A DNA stretch of 64,000 bases from Carcharhinus amblyrhynchos (lineage: Eukaryota), in the NCBI GenBank assembly GCA_965287045.1, contig CBDIYR020000020.1, forward strand, positions 1,240,001 to 1,304,000, written 5' to 3'. Shown one piece after another: positions 38,456 through 50,620 of this stretch. Made by a program: the position numbers and the translations under genes. Below the pieces are notes generated by a model. It ran no database searches, had not been told where the DNA came from, and worked only from the letters and a program-made list of their open reading frames with translations. Within the stretch, counting starts at the first letter, position 1, and each line of letters starts with the position of its first letter.

Positions 38456-40229
38456 ACAAATTCATTTCATTTGAGGCCATTACAGCAAAGAAAGGAAATA
38501 TTTGTCTTGTCAGTACAAGCTAGAATTGATTGAAGGTTCCCAGGGATGAAAGTAAAATGTAGTAATCCACTTGAATATCCAGGACTTTTACTGCAAGACG
38601 GGGTGATTCTAAAGTAACATCTTAGGGCAACATATGTTCTCATGCACTTAAGGTATGGGTTTGGCAACCAGAGTTCTGCACATTAGTTTTGATCATGTGG
38701 GGAACAACGCAGATAACTCCACAGAGAGGAAAAGAAAAATCATGAAATAAGGCAGTCTATGCTGCTTTTCCATTATGCTGATAGAATTTTAGGCATGGTG
38801 TGGCGTTTTGGAACAGCATGAGGATAGGCTGTGACTCAATTGCCAAATGAAAGTGAGAAGGACTATTAGTTTGCTTTAGTTAGGAAATTATTCACATTCT
38901 CCTTCTCTGCATTTCCAGTCAATTATCAAATTGACAGGTGACTTACTAAAAAAGAGTGGCTCCAAGTTCCTTCAGTGATACTATATCAAATACTATCTTC
39001 TATCTTGATTGGTTCAAAAAGGGCAAAGTGTGGATTATGGAGGCAGAAATGGAATGGTTGCCTGTGATATTGAAGAAAAAAAATGCTGTTGCTCAGGAAT
39101 TCAAAACTCACAAGCAGTGCACTCCTGTGGAAATTAATCCCCGGACTTGTAGCTAATTCAGTGATAGAATTAAAATCAAGTGATTCACTTGCATGTCATC
39201 CTGCTTTATAAAATTGCAATTTGTTCTTCTAGAATTCCAGCGAATTATTCCCTTCCTATTCAGTCCAATTATACGGAAATCCAATGGACCAAAACCTTTC
39301 CAATACATGCTATTCTACAGAAATTCCAACTGACCCAAACCCCTTTCTGCTCATTCCCGCTGTACAGGATTACAATGAACAAATCCCTTTTCTATCCACT
39401 CCCATCATAGAGAATTCCAAAGAATCAATTAATTTCCTTCAGCACAAGTCAAGGCAAGTAGAAATGAAGATTCCATTGTGAAATGCACATGCCCAGTAAG
39501 AACATGATGGATTCACCTTGGAAGAAATGCAGAAATGAAAGACTTCAAAAGATATCAGGAATTACTGAACATAAAGAGGAATCTGCAAAAAAAAAAGGAA
39601 CTCTAGCAGAAATATTAAAATAAAAAGATGTAATGACTGACAGCAAACAAGAAAAGATAGTACAAAAATTGTCAAAATGAAGTTCAAGAGAACTTAATGA
39701 GACAATTGAGAATAAGCTGAACTCCATGAAAAGCAACCAGAAAATAAGAACAAGTCCAGTGAAGAATTGGAATCAGGAAAATAAAAACTTGAAGGAAGCT
39801 TGACAATGAGAAATTATCTGAAGAATTAAAACATTGAAATTGACAGCAGAATCAGTAATTCAGACAGAGAAATAGATTGTGTGCCAAAACATGAATGGAA
39901 AAGCAGCAAGCCTGTATGGAAAAGCTCCATGCAAGACTATAGGTGGGATTTTACTCCCTACCTTGAAAGAGGACAATGGGCATTTCCATTGTATGCCCCT
40001 TGCCTGCCCTGATTCCGTGGCCAATGGTGCAGGAGAATTCTAACACATGTTTGGAACTGCACATAGTTAAAGCCTACCAATAAAGGTAAGTATGTTTAAA
40101 AATACACAAGCCTCAAGATTTTATCAATAAGCTATCACCACTCCAACAATAAAAAACCCATATCAAATACATAATAGAATATGGTGCCATAACATGAATT
40201 TTCGGTAGCAGATCAAGTGAGATCCCTGG

Positions 40230-40914
40230 TATTATTAGCTCTGTGACCGGACTCCTGTTGTACCCAGTAGACATGAAGGGATGGATCATTCATAAACATG
40301 TGGATCACATATGGGTCATTGGAGGAGAAGACGATGATCCAGCACTCAGTGTTGGGTCAATAAATGTTTTGAATCTGTAAGCCATATAAATACGTAATAG
40401 CTGATCGGCCTGTTATAGACATAACTGATAATTCTGTGGAAGCAAGTAGCAAAGGACTGCCTGTGCCAGAAGAAGTACCTGTTAATGTCGATCCTGTGGA
40501 AGCATCTCAAACTACAGAATTACACAGTTCTACAAGGAGGAGAAAAAATCTTCAGACTCTATTTATAATTGTCCAACTCCTGTGTTTTAGTTCGAGTTTG
40601 AACTGAGTAGCTTGCTTATTGAAGATTGTATAAAGGAGTTAAGGGGGGGGTAGGAATATGGTGATTGTCCCTTTAAGGGAAACATGGCAGAAGATGGTCA
40701 ATTTACTTGAGGACCAATTGGGACTGAGAGTGGGTAAATCACCCAAGGGGTGGAGCTTTCTCTTGGGCAGGAGACAAGTAAGTACTGGGGGCAGCTGGTG
40801 GGGTGGGCTGCCCTAGGAAAGCTATGTGACTGCGAGTCTCCGTACAGTATTTCTTTATTAATGAATACCCTTTGTGTTTCTGAAGAAGTCTGCGAGTGTG
40901 CATCATTAAAGTCA
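40230..40914 (+). mobile_element. Gypsy-like LTR retrotransposon remnant (integrase C-terminus, polypurine tract, 3' LTR)
   Basis: Decayed TG-L-LY...HKHVDHI integrase tail near 40246-40311; PPT aaggagttaaggggggggtaggaa at 40633-40656 followed by LTR-like tatggtgattgtccctttaaggg. LTR end approximate. Confidence 0.55.
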
Positions 40915-41639
40915 TGTGTCAAAATAAGTCATTTTGCCCAGCTTGAAAACGAGTGGATAGCACTAAACCACTGATCCTTTTCCCATACAATATCAACAGA
41001 CTCTGGAAAAAAGGTTAAAACATTTTTTGTAAACACATATGCAATAAACATTCTCATTTGTGCATTAGATTAATTTTTCCACCCACACACATCTGGTTGA
41101 ACAGTAACAAGTTGAAGGCTTTGGTTTCAACGTGTTCCCTACCATTAAAATTATTTCACATGCAAATTATTATATATATTTCATCATATTTTATAAACTT
41201 ACATACAAAAATATTTCAATTTGACTAAATATATAAAACAAAGGACTTGATAGTTCAAACAGTCTGCACTGGAATCTCTCATCGGGAGCCTACACCTTCT
41301 CATGGCAGTAAGTTTAATACAGTCCCGGTAAAATTCCTATCAAGTCCGCGGCAGAACCTCATTTACAATTCATTACTAATTTAACACAAACTTATTAGTT
41401 TCACTTGGGTAACAGAGGCACCAACAGTGGTAATACTATACTGATTCTTCTAAGGTTGGTATCATGGCACTTTGGAGCAGAGGGAGCTGCAGCCTACAAT
41501 GAGATTTCAGTAACTCAGGGCTGTCTAAGGGAAAACAATACGTCAGATTAGGTTCAGAGAGTGTCTTGATCTGGCCTTGCGAAATCCATGTCATCTTTTT
41601 ACAGTGGGGTTACCAGTGACCAGAAACTGAACTAGAATA

Positions 41640-42235
41640 GCCATATAAATACTGCAGCGACAAGAACAGGTCAAAGGCTGGGAATTCTTCAGAGAGTAAC
41701 TCACTTCTTGACTCCCCAATGCCTGTCTACCATCTACAAGCACAAGTCAGGAGTGTGATGGAATACTCTTCACTTGCCTGGATGAGTGCATCTTCAACAA
41801 TACTCAAGAAGCTAGACTAATCCAGGATAAAGAACCCACTTGATTAGCATCCATCCAATATCTTAAACATTCTCTCCTTCCACCAGTGGCAGCAACGTGC
41901 ACCATCTGTAAGATGCACGGTAGCAACTCACATAGGCTCCTTTGACAGTGCCTTCCATACCCACAGCCTCTACCACCTGGAAGGACAAAGGCAGCAGATA
42001 CAAGGGAACAACATCATCTGCAAGCTCCCCTCCATCCTCACTTTGAACATATCACCATCCTTTCACCGTCACTGGGTCAAATACTGGAACTCCTTTCCTA
42101 ATGACATGCTGGAGGTTCCTCCAGCACATGGGTTTCAGAAGTTCAAGTTGGCAGCTAACCACCACATTCTTGAGGGCATTTAGGGATAGTCAATAAACGA
42201 TTGTCTGTCAACAATGCCCACATCCCATTAATTAA
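41640..42235 (+). mobile_element. CR1-group LINE 3' portion (RT C-terminus and tail)
   Basis: Decayed HINTAATRTGQRLGILQRVTHFLTPQCLSTIYK-QVRSVMEYS-LAWMSA; tail gggcatttagggatagtcaataaacg...aatgcccacatccca. Confidence 0.75.
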
Positions 42236-43904
42236 TTAATAAAAGCTCAAAGTCAACTACTGCATGCGTGAGCTTCAACTTTTCAAAACTCATCCTATCC
42301 GCAATTCCCCAAATCCATCAATTGGGAAGTATCAGATTCCAATTCACCATGCCTAGAAACTTTAAGGTGCTTAAGTTTCCACTTTTTCAGACTTTAAGAG
42401 GAGGTGGCTAGAAAGAAAGAGAAATTTGTGTGCCATGCTACTTTTGCCAATGAGAATCTCACTCTGTGTATGCCATTGTGGGTCAGAGATAGAAAGAAGT
42501 ACCATACATTACTCTGCTGTCAAAAGGTCCAGCGTTTAATTGGATTTGTCTCACTAAGGCCACAAAGACTAATGTTTTAGTAAATTAGACTTTCTTTGCT
42601 TACATAACTATATGTTGCCTTGCACAAATTTGCTATGTTTGCCTATATATCGATGATTATTTTGCTAAAACAATACATTTGTTGCAAACTCTTCAGGATG
42701 TTCTGAGGAAAGGAATTACATAAATACAAGTTATTTCTGTAATTGCTATTGTCAAGGGATGTTTGTTGCTAAATTGGAGTGTTTGCGAACCTTGGCTCAT
42801 TCTCTTTGGGACAGGCAAATGGACCCAATGAGATTTCTCAGACAGAAATATAATCAACATGGCTATTTCACAAGTCTCTACTGCAAATAGCATATCTTGC
42901 TAAATATGAGCCTGGAATGGGCTAGATTATGATAGTTTTAATTGTTAAGGTCAGAAGAAACTTAGGAAATTATAATCTTCCTTTCCAATTTTGTTTTAGG
43001 ATTCTTTGTCACTCGATTTGTTAGCTGTCTTTTTATTAATTTAACATTCATCCAAGTCAATGTTCCATGCGACACTTTCAAACATGATAGTTATTATGTT
43101 AAAACATGTGTATATAAAGGGTTATTTCAAGATGCCCCACAAAATCTTAGGATCAATAAACCGTAGATAGAAGAATTGGGACTAATGATATACCCGTATC
43201 TCCAATCTGGATTTGTGTTTAGCGAGGTTCTGTGTCCACAGCTTGGCCTCAAATCATTATCTTTGGCAATGTTATTGCAATTTGTCAGGTTTCACTGAAG
43301 TTGGATGTAAATATTATATGATTAGATTGTATTTAATGTGACATTGGATCAATATTCATTGAGGGCTATATTGCAGGTTCGGTTGTCACTATAAATATCA
43401 TTACCCTCGAGATTCTACAGAGAGATCACTGCCTTGGCAGCATAGCAATGAGTCTCCATCAGCTAAGACCATTCACCTGAGGGGATGGAAGTCTGGAGTC
43501 ATGAGTTGACTGCTGCCAACAACCATGCCCCTCGGAGGCATCCACCTCCCTTCTTCTGACTGCTGCCGATGGCAAATGACACAGAATGAACAACAGCTCC
43601 AGATCTTGCTGGGATTTCTGTGTTGGGAACAAACCTACTGCAATGTGGGCTTCACCATAAAGAGAATACAATTGAGCATGGTTGAAATCCAGTTGCTCTA
43701 TGAATGAAGGTGTCCCTTTAGTCAATCATTTGTGCTGAACTTGAATGCCGCCCACTTGAAAAGATCCTGCTCTTACTTCAAGGGACCTCACTGACTAGAT
43801 AACTGTATGGTCAAAGTTAGATGGGAAAAATGTTGTGCTACACCTTTCAAACTTACTCCACTACCTTCTATCCTAACTTACCTTCTAAATTGGGATGTCT
43901 TGTT

Positions 43905-44480
43905 GATGTCTTGTACAAGACATTCATAAGGCCACACTTGGAAATTGTGTGCAGTTCTGGTCACCCTATTATAGAAAGGATATTACTAAACCAGAAAGAG
44001 TGCAGAAAAGATTTACTAGAATACTACCAGGACTTGATGATTTGAGTTGTAAGGAGAGGCTGGATAGACTGGGACTTTTTTCTCTAGAGCATAGGAGGTT
44101 TAGGGGTGATCTTATCAAGGTCTGTAAAATAATGAGGGTCATAGATCAGTTAGATAGTCAATATCTTTTCCGAAAGGTAGGGGAGTCTAAAACTAGATGG
44201 CATAGGTTTAAGGTGAGAGATACAAAAGAGTCCAGCGGGGCAACTTTTTCACAGAGGGTGGTGAGTGTCTGGAACAAGCTGCCAGAGGTAGTAGTAGAGG
44301 CAGGTACAATTTTGTCGTTTAGAAAGCGTTTATGAGTTACATGGGTAAGATGGATATGGAGGGATATGGGCCAAATATGAGCAATTGGGACTAGCTTAGG
44401 GATTTAAAAAAGGGGCACGTGGACAAGTTGGGCCAAAGGGCCTGTTTCCATGCTGTAAACCACTATGACACTATGACTAT
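43905..44480 (+). mobile_element. CR1/HER1-like LINE 3' end
   Basis: ORF 43949-44335 QFWSPYYRKDITKPERVQKRFTRILPGL...LFSLEHRRFRGDLI...SQRVVSVWNKLP; tail gggcctgtttccatgctgtaaaccactatgacactatgactat. Confidence 0.88.
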
Positions 44481-44494
44481 ATCCTTGCGTCACC

Positions 44495-44755
44495 CACCAA
44501 CCTCTGTCAGCAGACACATGAGAACACCATCACCTGGAAGTTCCCCTCCATGCCACTTACCATCCTGACTTGGAAATGGATCAGCATTGCTTCACAGTCA
44601 CTGAGACAAAATCCTAGAACTCCCTCACTAATAGCACTGTGGGTGTACCTACACTACAGTGGTTTAAGAAGGCAGCTCACCACCATCCTCTCAGGACAAT
44701 TAGTGATGGGCAATAAATACTGGCCTAGACAGTGATGCCACATCCATGAATTAAT
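44495..44755 (+). mobile_element. CR1-group LINE 3' tail (family of 41640-42235)
   Basis: gaacaccatcacctggaagttcccctcca...aagaaggcagctcaccaccatcctctcagg...gggcaataaatactggcctag. Confidence 0.7.
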
Positions 44756-45526
44756 TTTAAGAAATGCATGCCATTTGGATAAACTGAACATTCTAAACTT
44801 TTGCTGGCAAAGAACTTAATTTAGAGGATGAACTTAATTCCAGTGGCCTTTTAATTAACATGCGTGATACTATGGAATGCTAATGGAGTTCCCAATATTA
44901 GTCAGTAAACATGACCTAATTTTAAACTGCCTTGAAAATCAGGAGGACAAAATTCACACAGCTTCTCCTGCTGTTGGGAAACAGAGTTTTTGAATTCTCC
45001 CAAATAACATGCCCTGATCTGCCATGATTCCCACCATTGGCAAGCGCAGAATTCCACCCAGCCTTTATGAAAGACTTAAAGAGCAGGACTTTTAAATTTC
45101 TAAACAGCTTAACAATTGCTTTTGCACTTTAGATGTTTGCTTTTGAAGCTCTCTTGACAGTTCCAGTGAACTTTTGCAATTTTAGCACTTATTCATACCT
45201 ATTTTTAACCATCCCAAAAGGCATCTTACCTCTTCCGAAGGGTCCCTGATCCCTCCCCACCCACCACCAAAAGTCTCCTAGGATCATATCCAAAGGTATA
45301 TTCTTCCTTTCTAAAAAGGTACACCACTTCGCTAACAGTCTCTACAAAGCCTACATCTGCTCCTACAAAGTCTAATCTGCACATGCATGTTTCCACTCCT
45401 GGCTAACAAAATAAGACATAACTGAAGGCAGCTTTATCAGGATAGGTACCTGTGCAAAATGCTCATGCGCAAATCCTGATCCAGATCCATTTCCACCTCC
45501 CTGCAAATGGTGGATGCTGTGTTCCG

Positions 45527-45542
45527 TGGCGGAAATTTTGAA
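45527..45542 (+). promoter_or_regulatory. Candidate CDE/E2F-CHR tandem element
   Basis: TGGCGG-aaat-TTTGAA: GC-rich CDE-like box, 4-nt spacer and canonical CHR TTTGAA. Confidence 0.3.
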
Positions 45543-46096
45543 TTTCGGCCTTCTCCACCATTTTCACAACAATAGAGAGGTTCTTTGTTCTTGCAAAAAT
45601 TCAGGCTATAATGTTTTTCTTTCTTTCTTATCCCATTATTTAGAAGACTCAAAATTAGGATTCATTTGTTCTTAATCCTGGTGACTCTGCCCATAGAATT
45701 AAACTATTTGCATTCTAAACGTTTGTATCTATGCTTCTCCTGCAAAGTTCTTTCCCTAAGCAGATCATTAAATAAGATAATTTTGACAGTCTCCAATGTA
45801 ACATTGCGTAGCTTCAACTGGAGCTGTTGGAATGCCCAGGGTGCTCAGCTGCTCTCTGCAATGCAAATGGAAATGAAATAGTGAGTAAAGGATTTGTCAA
45901 AGAACAATGCCCTCAGGAGAATTTCACTTAGGCCAGTGCAGGCCTAGCAGTGTGGGGCATTTGTTCACTTGGAGGCCATTTAATTCATCGTGGCTCATCC
46001 ATCAAAAAAACTGTACAGTGTTCAGATTAATTCATCTGTGTCTCAAAAAATCCAAAGCCTTCACATCATATAAGACCACCTCAAGTAGTCCAGATC

Positions 46097-46661
46097 GGCA
46101 TGGTGGTTAGCACTGCTAGCTCTCAGTGCCAGGGATCTGGATTCAATTCCAGCCCCTTGGACAATAATCTGTGTGGATTTTGCACGTTCTCCCCGTGGGT
46201 TTCCTCCAGGTGCTCTGGTTTCTCCCCACTGATGTGGAGATGCCGGTGTTGGACTGGGGTAAACACAGTAAGAAGCCTCACAACACCAAATTAAAGTCCA
46301 ACAGGTTTATTTGGTAGTAAGCAACACTAGCTTTCGGAACGCTCCTCACCTGACGAAGGAACAGCGTTCCAAAAGCTAGTGGCGTTTACTACCAAATAAA
46401 CTTGTCGGACTTTAACCTGGTGTTGTGAGGCTTCTTACTGTGTTCTCCCCACTGTCCAAAGATCTGCAGGTTAGATGGTTTGGTCATGCTAAATTGCTTC
46501 TAAGCGTGCCAAGATGTACAGGTTAGGGGGATTAGTGGGGTACCTATGTAGGTTTACAGGAAAGGGCCTGGATGGGATCATCTGTTGGAGAGTGGGTGCA
46601 AACTAAATGGGTCGAATGGCCTCCTTCTGCATTGTAGAGGTTCTATGACTCTATGATTCTA
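46097..46661 (+). mobile_element. HE1-like V-SINE interrupted by a 211-bp Penelope-like insertion
   Basis: Head ggcatggtggttagcactgc...ggattcaattcc; V-domain split at ttctccccactg; resumes tccaaagatctgcaggttag...tail ctatgactctatgattcta. Confidence 0.85.
46232..46442. mobile_element. Fold-back Penelope-like (PLE) non-autonomous insertion with minimal hammerhead-ribozyme motif
   Basis: 12-bp direct repeat ttctccccactg at 46220-46231 and 46443-46454; about 82-bp inverted arms 46262-46343 / 46363-46444; tcac-CTGACGA-a-ggaac-agc-gttcc-AAAA-gc-ta-gtgg at 46346-46382. Confidence 0.75.
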
Positions 46662-49337
46662 ATGTTGATTTTTTACATGTCTTGATGATATCTGCTCTAA
46701 TTTGGCCTTTCGCCAGTTTTAGATTCTGCCTCCTTGCTCCATTGTCTTGTGTACAAGTATTGCTCTGGATTAAACTTATATAGTTCTATAACATGTCCTC
46801 CGAGATGCTTCCTTTAAAGGATGTGCCCATTATATGCTGCTGCAGTGGCAGTGTGTGTGCGCTGTCCCTCCAATGCTGGTGGGCAAAGAAGATGTTCGCA
46901 GTCAATACGTTCAGGAACATTTTTCACAGGTGTAAGTTATGCATTTTCTCAGCTCAAAACTATAGTGGTCAAGGGGTACATCGTTCATTTATTCCTTTCA
47001 GAACAAATATTCTGAATATCTGAAACTTGAATCTCTAAAACTAAGCGCCAAAGAAAGTACTTTGTTTATTTTTCCATAATTACTTCCTATCTTTTTCATC
47101 CTTTTCCCTCATCTTGTGACTGCATCAGTGTGAATGGGAAATGTCTGTAATATAGTTTTTGAATACGTTTTACTACTAACACTCCTGATGCAAAAACTGT
47201 ATGCAATGAGGAAGCAAATTAGGAACTTAGGTGTGTCCAAGGCAGGTCCAATGCGGATGGCAAATCACACAGGACTTTAAACAAACATGAAATGACAAAA
47301 TCATATGTAGCCACCATAACCTGCATCAGAAAATCATCATAGAAAAGGGAACTATTTTGGTCATTGAATCTGTGCATGATTCATTTAACCTAATTCCACT
47401 TTCCAGCTCATTTCTTTACCTTTTATTATTTGTACTGACATCATTCATTGGTTTAACACAGAGGTTGCTGATTCTGATGTTTCTAATAGAAGCAAATGAG
47501 TTCTAGAAACAGGAAAGATCAATACCTCTTATTGACTGCATCAAATTCAACCGTTCTACAACATTGTTCCTTAAGCTCATTTTTATTGTCTGCTTCAATG
47601 AGCTCTTCCCTGGATATTTATTCTGAAACTCTAATACCCTGTTGGTAAAAGGGATCCCTTCACCTCCTTTCTTACTCTAAATATGTGTATTTTCAATTCG
47701 GATTCCATAATAATTGAACTTTTCAAAGGAGGCTTTATAAGCACCTTTCTTAATCTCAGGACATCCCAAAGCGCTTTACAACCAATGACTGTTGTTTGTA
47801 GAGGAATTGGTCAAGGCAGTGAACAATTTGTAAAGATCGCTTTTGTTGGTTCAGCTTCTCTCCTTGACTGTGGCTACAGGTAAGATTCCTGTCTCTATTG
47901 AGTCTTATCTTTGGTTTATAGAAAAGAGTAAACAAACAAAGACCGACTGCTAGCAGACTACCTCCTCCTCTCTCACAAAGGAACTGTATTCCAACTACAG
48001 ATGCTGGCATTTCCAGGCTTAAAGTTCCTAGGGTAGAATTTCCATATTATTTCTAAATTAATCAGTTCAATTTGTCAGTGTACTCTTCTTAACAGAAAGT
48101 CATTTACTTAAAATTGGTATTTAGGAGCAAGAGGACATCTTTTGGTCCATTGATCTGGTTCCTGTATTTGATAGCTGAGGCAACTCTTTTTAAATTTCTG
48201 CCTTGTGTCCAAATCCCTTAAAGTCCTTATATCTTAAGTAGTACCAAAACCTTGGCTGATTCTACATCCACAGGTTTCTGGGACTCTCCAAATCCATACT
48301 ATTTTTGTGAGAAGAAATTTTTTCTGGATATACTATTAGCTGGCCTTGTTTGAATTTTCAGATGATGTTGATTTGTCCTGGATCCCCCTGATTGGGGGGG
48401 CAGTATCATACCTCAAATATCTCTATTGCTCGATAACCTTAAGGAAATGTAATACAAGTTTACTCAGTGTCTCATCATGAACCAGTCGTTGCAGCCATCA
48501 TCCTAGCGAATCTTGTACTTTTCCAATGTAATTTCCAAAGTGGTAATCCCCAAAACAAAATCAAATTCCAATGCCTGGATTAAGAATAGCTTGCTTTAAT
48601 GGGGTTGTACGCCACTAAGACCTTTGAGGCTTTTCATGCACAAGAGGAAGGAAGACTATTTAAGAAGATAGATACTGTCCATATTTAGAACCGCTCTGGA
48701 GTTCTAAACCTAACATTGTCAATGGAAGGTTTGATTTGTGTCAGAACATATTATTGCATATTGATGCCATCACATCATTTGCAGGTAACATGATTGGGGT
48801 CAAGTTAGCAACTGCAGAAAGCTGTATCGTTGACTAAACGCTCAAGTTGGTCTGCTATCAGACTTGTAGCACATTCCAAGTTATATTTTTTGTGAATCTC
48901 CAAAAGATAAGGGATAGTTGAATGAATACTTTTTCATAAAAGCACAATTTACCCAAAACTTGCTTGAGCTGGATAGCTGCATTTGTGCTGTAAAGTTTTA
49001 CTTAGATGTGAAAAGCACATTTTTTCCAAACCATTAATGATCTTGTTTGAACACTAGTCTCCGATGAAACTTTAAGTGCAGCTGTCCCTTTGGAAGAGTT
49101 CAGACTTGTTCTTTAGGGATTAAAGCCATCAATTTCTTTGTTTTTAAATAAAGGATCTAACCAATGAATGCTTTGTGCCTCCTGTCTCCTGCATTCCTTA
49201 CTGCGCTCAGGAGCATGCACGAGATATGCCCGGAACAGACGCTCAACGGTTCCTAATAAACCGCTAGTTCTGCTGGCCAAGAGGAGATGGCAGCCACAGG
49301 CAGGTCTGAGCCAAACAGCTGCCATTTCACATCTCCG

Positions 49338-49357
49338 CGACATGTTGGGACAAGCTC
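49338..49357. promoter_or_regulatory. Candidate p53-family response element in TP73 intron 4
   Basis: CGACATGTTG-GGACAAGCTC: two RRRCWWGYYY decamers with zero spacer, 18/20 match and both CWWG cores intact, in a CpG-retaining non-repeat patch. Confidence 0.45.
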
Positions 49358-49851
49358 TCAGAGTGAGAGTGGTAATGATCTATATCCCTTGTCACTAGGC
49401 AAGTACCATCTTGCAAATCATAGATACCGTTAACTGCCTTGCCTCTGTGCTGCTTCAATTTTCAAAGATGTGCTTTTATGGGAGAATATAAAATAAAGCA
49501 ATAAAATAAATATTAACCCTTTCAAATGTTTCAACTCCTCAGCAGCTCACAAATATTTCAGATAACTTTTAGGGGTGGTTTTCGCTTTCTTGCACCTGGG
49601 CATTGGCTACACTACATTGAGAAAAACTGGACTGAGAAAATTGTGTGTAGGTCAAGGGTTTGACCCAATGCCTTGTCCAATTAGGACATGACATCTTCCT
49701 CACATCACTCACCTCTACGTGCTTCATTCAGGCATTGCTGCAATAACAGGAAGATTTGTCTCATAAGGATCAAAGTCAAAGCTTGAATCACTGAAGCTTT
49801 GAGGTCAGACAGGTTAAACTGAGAAACAGAAATTACGTATCATAAAATCAT

Positions 49852-50620
49852 TCAAGAACATAAGAAAGACGAACAATGATAGACCACATGTTTGATTGAG
49901 CCTGCTCCGCTATTTAGTACAATCATGGCTATCTCTGGCTTCAACTCCATTTTACCTCTCATTCCCAAAAATCTATCTATCCCTACCTTAAAGGTATCCA
50001 ATGATTGAGCATCCACAATCCTATGGGGTAGAGAATTCCAATGAATCACAATCCTTTTAGTGAAGAAGTTTCTACTCATCTCAGTCTTAAATGACCTACC
50101 CTTTATCCTGAAATTCTGCCCACCTGGTTTAGATTCCCTGACCGGTGTAAATAATCCATCAACATCCACACTACCAAGCCCCGTTAGAATTATATAGGTT
50201 TCAATGGGATTGCCTCTCATTCTTCGAAACATCAGAGAATAAAATCGCAAGTTATTTAGCCTCTCATCATTGGGCAACTTCCTCATCTGATTTCCAATTT
50301 AGTGAACCTTTGCTGTACAGCCTCCATTGCAAGTATATCCTTTCTTAAACATGGAGACTAAAACTGTGCACAGTACTCTAGATGTGGTTTCACCAAATCC
50401 TTGTACAACTGTAGCAAGACTTCTTCATTCTTGTACTCTAATCCCTTTGCAATAAAGGCCAACATGTCATTTGCCTTCCTAATTGCTTGCTGTATCTGCA
50501 TGCTAACTTTCTACATTCCTTTTACAAGTTTAAACATCAACACTTAGCAGTTTCTCACTTTTTAAAAATATTCTGCTTTTTTATTCTTATAACCAAAGTG
50601 AATAACTTACCTATATTATG
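49852..50620 (-). mobile_element. CR1-like LINE 3' portion
   Basis: ORF 49852-50286 ...ERLNNLRFYSLMFRRMRGNPIETYIIL...NFFTKRIVIHWNSLP; upstream LVKPHLEYCAQF-like block near 50355-50400; tail aagaacataaga. Confidence 0.85.

Noticed and set aside
39540-39830. A-rich coiled-coil-like coding remnant
   Set aside because: Multiple stops and no diagnostic motif; may be a decayed retroelement ORF1/gag but cannot be assigned by eye.
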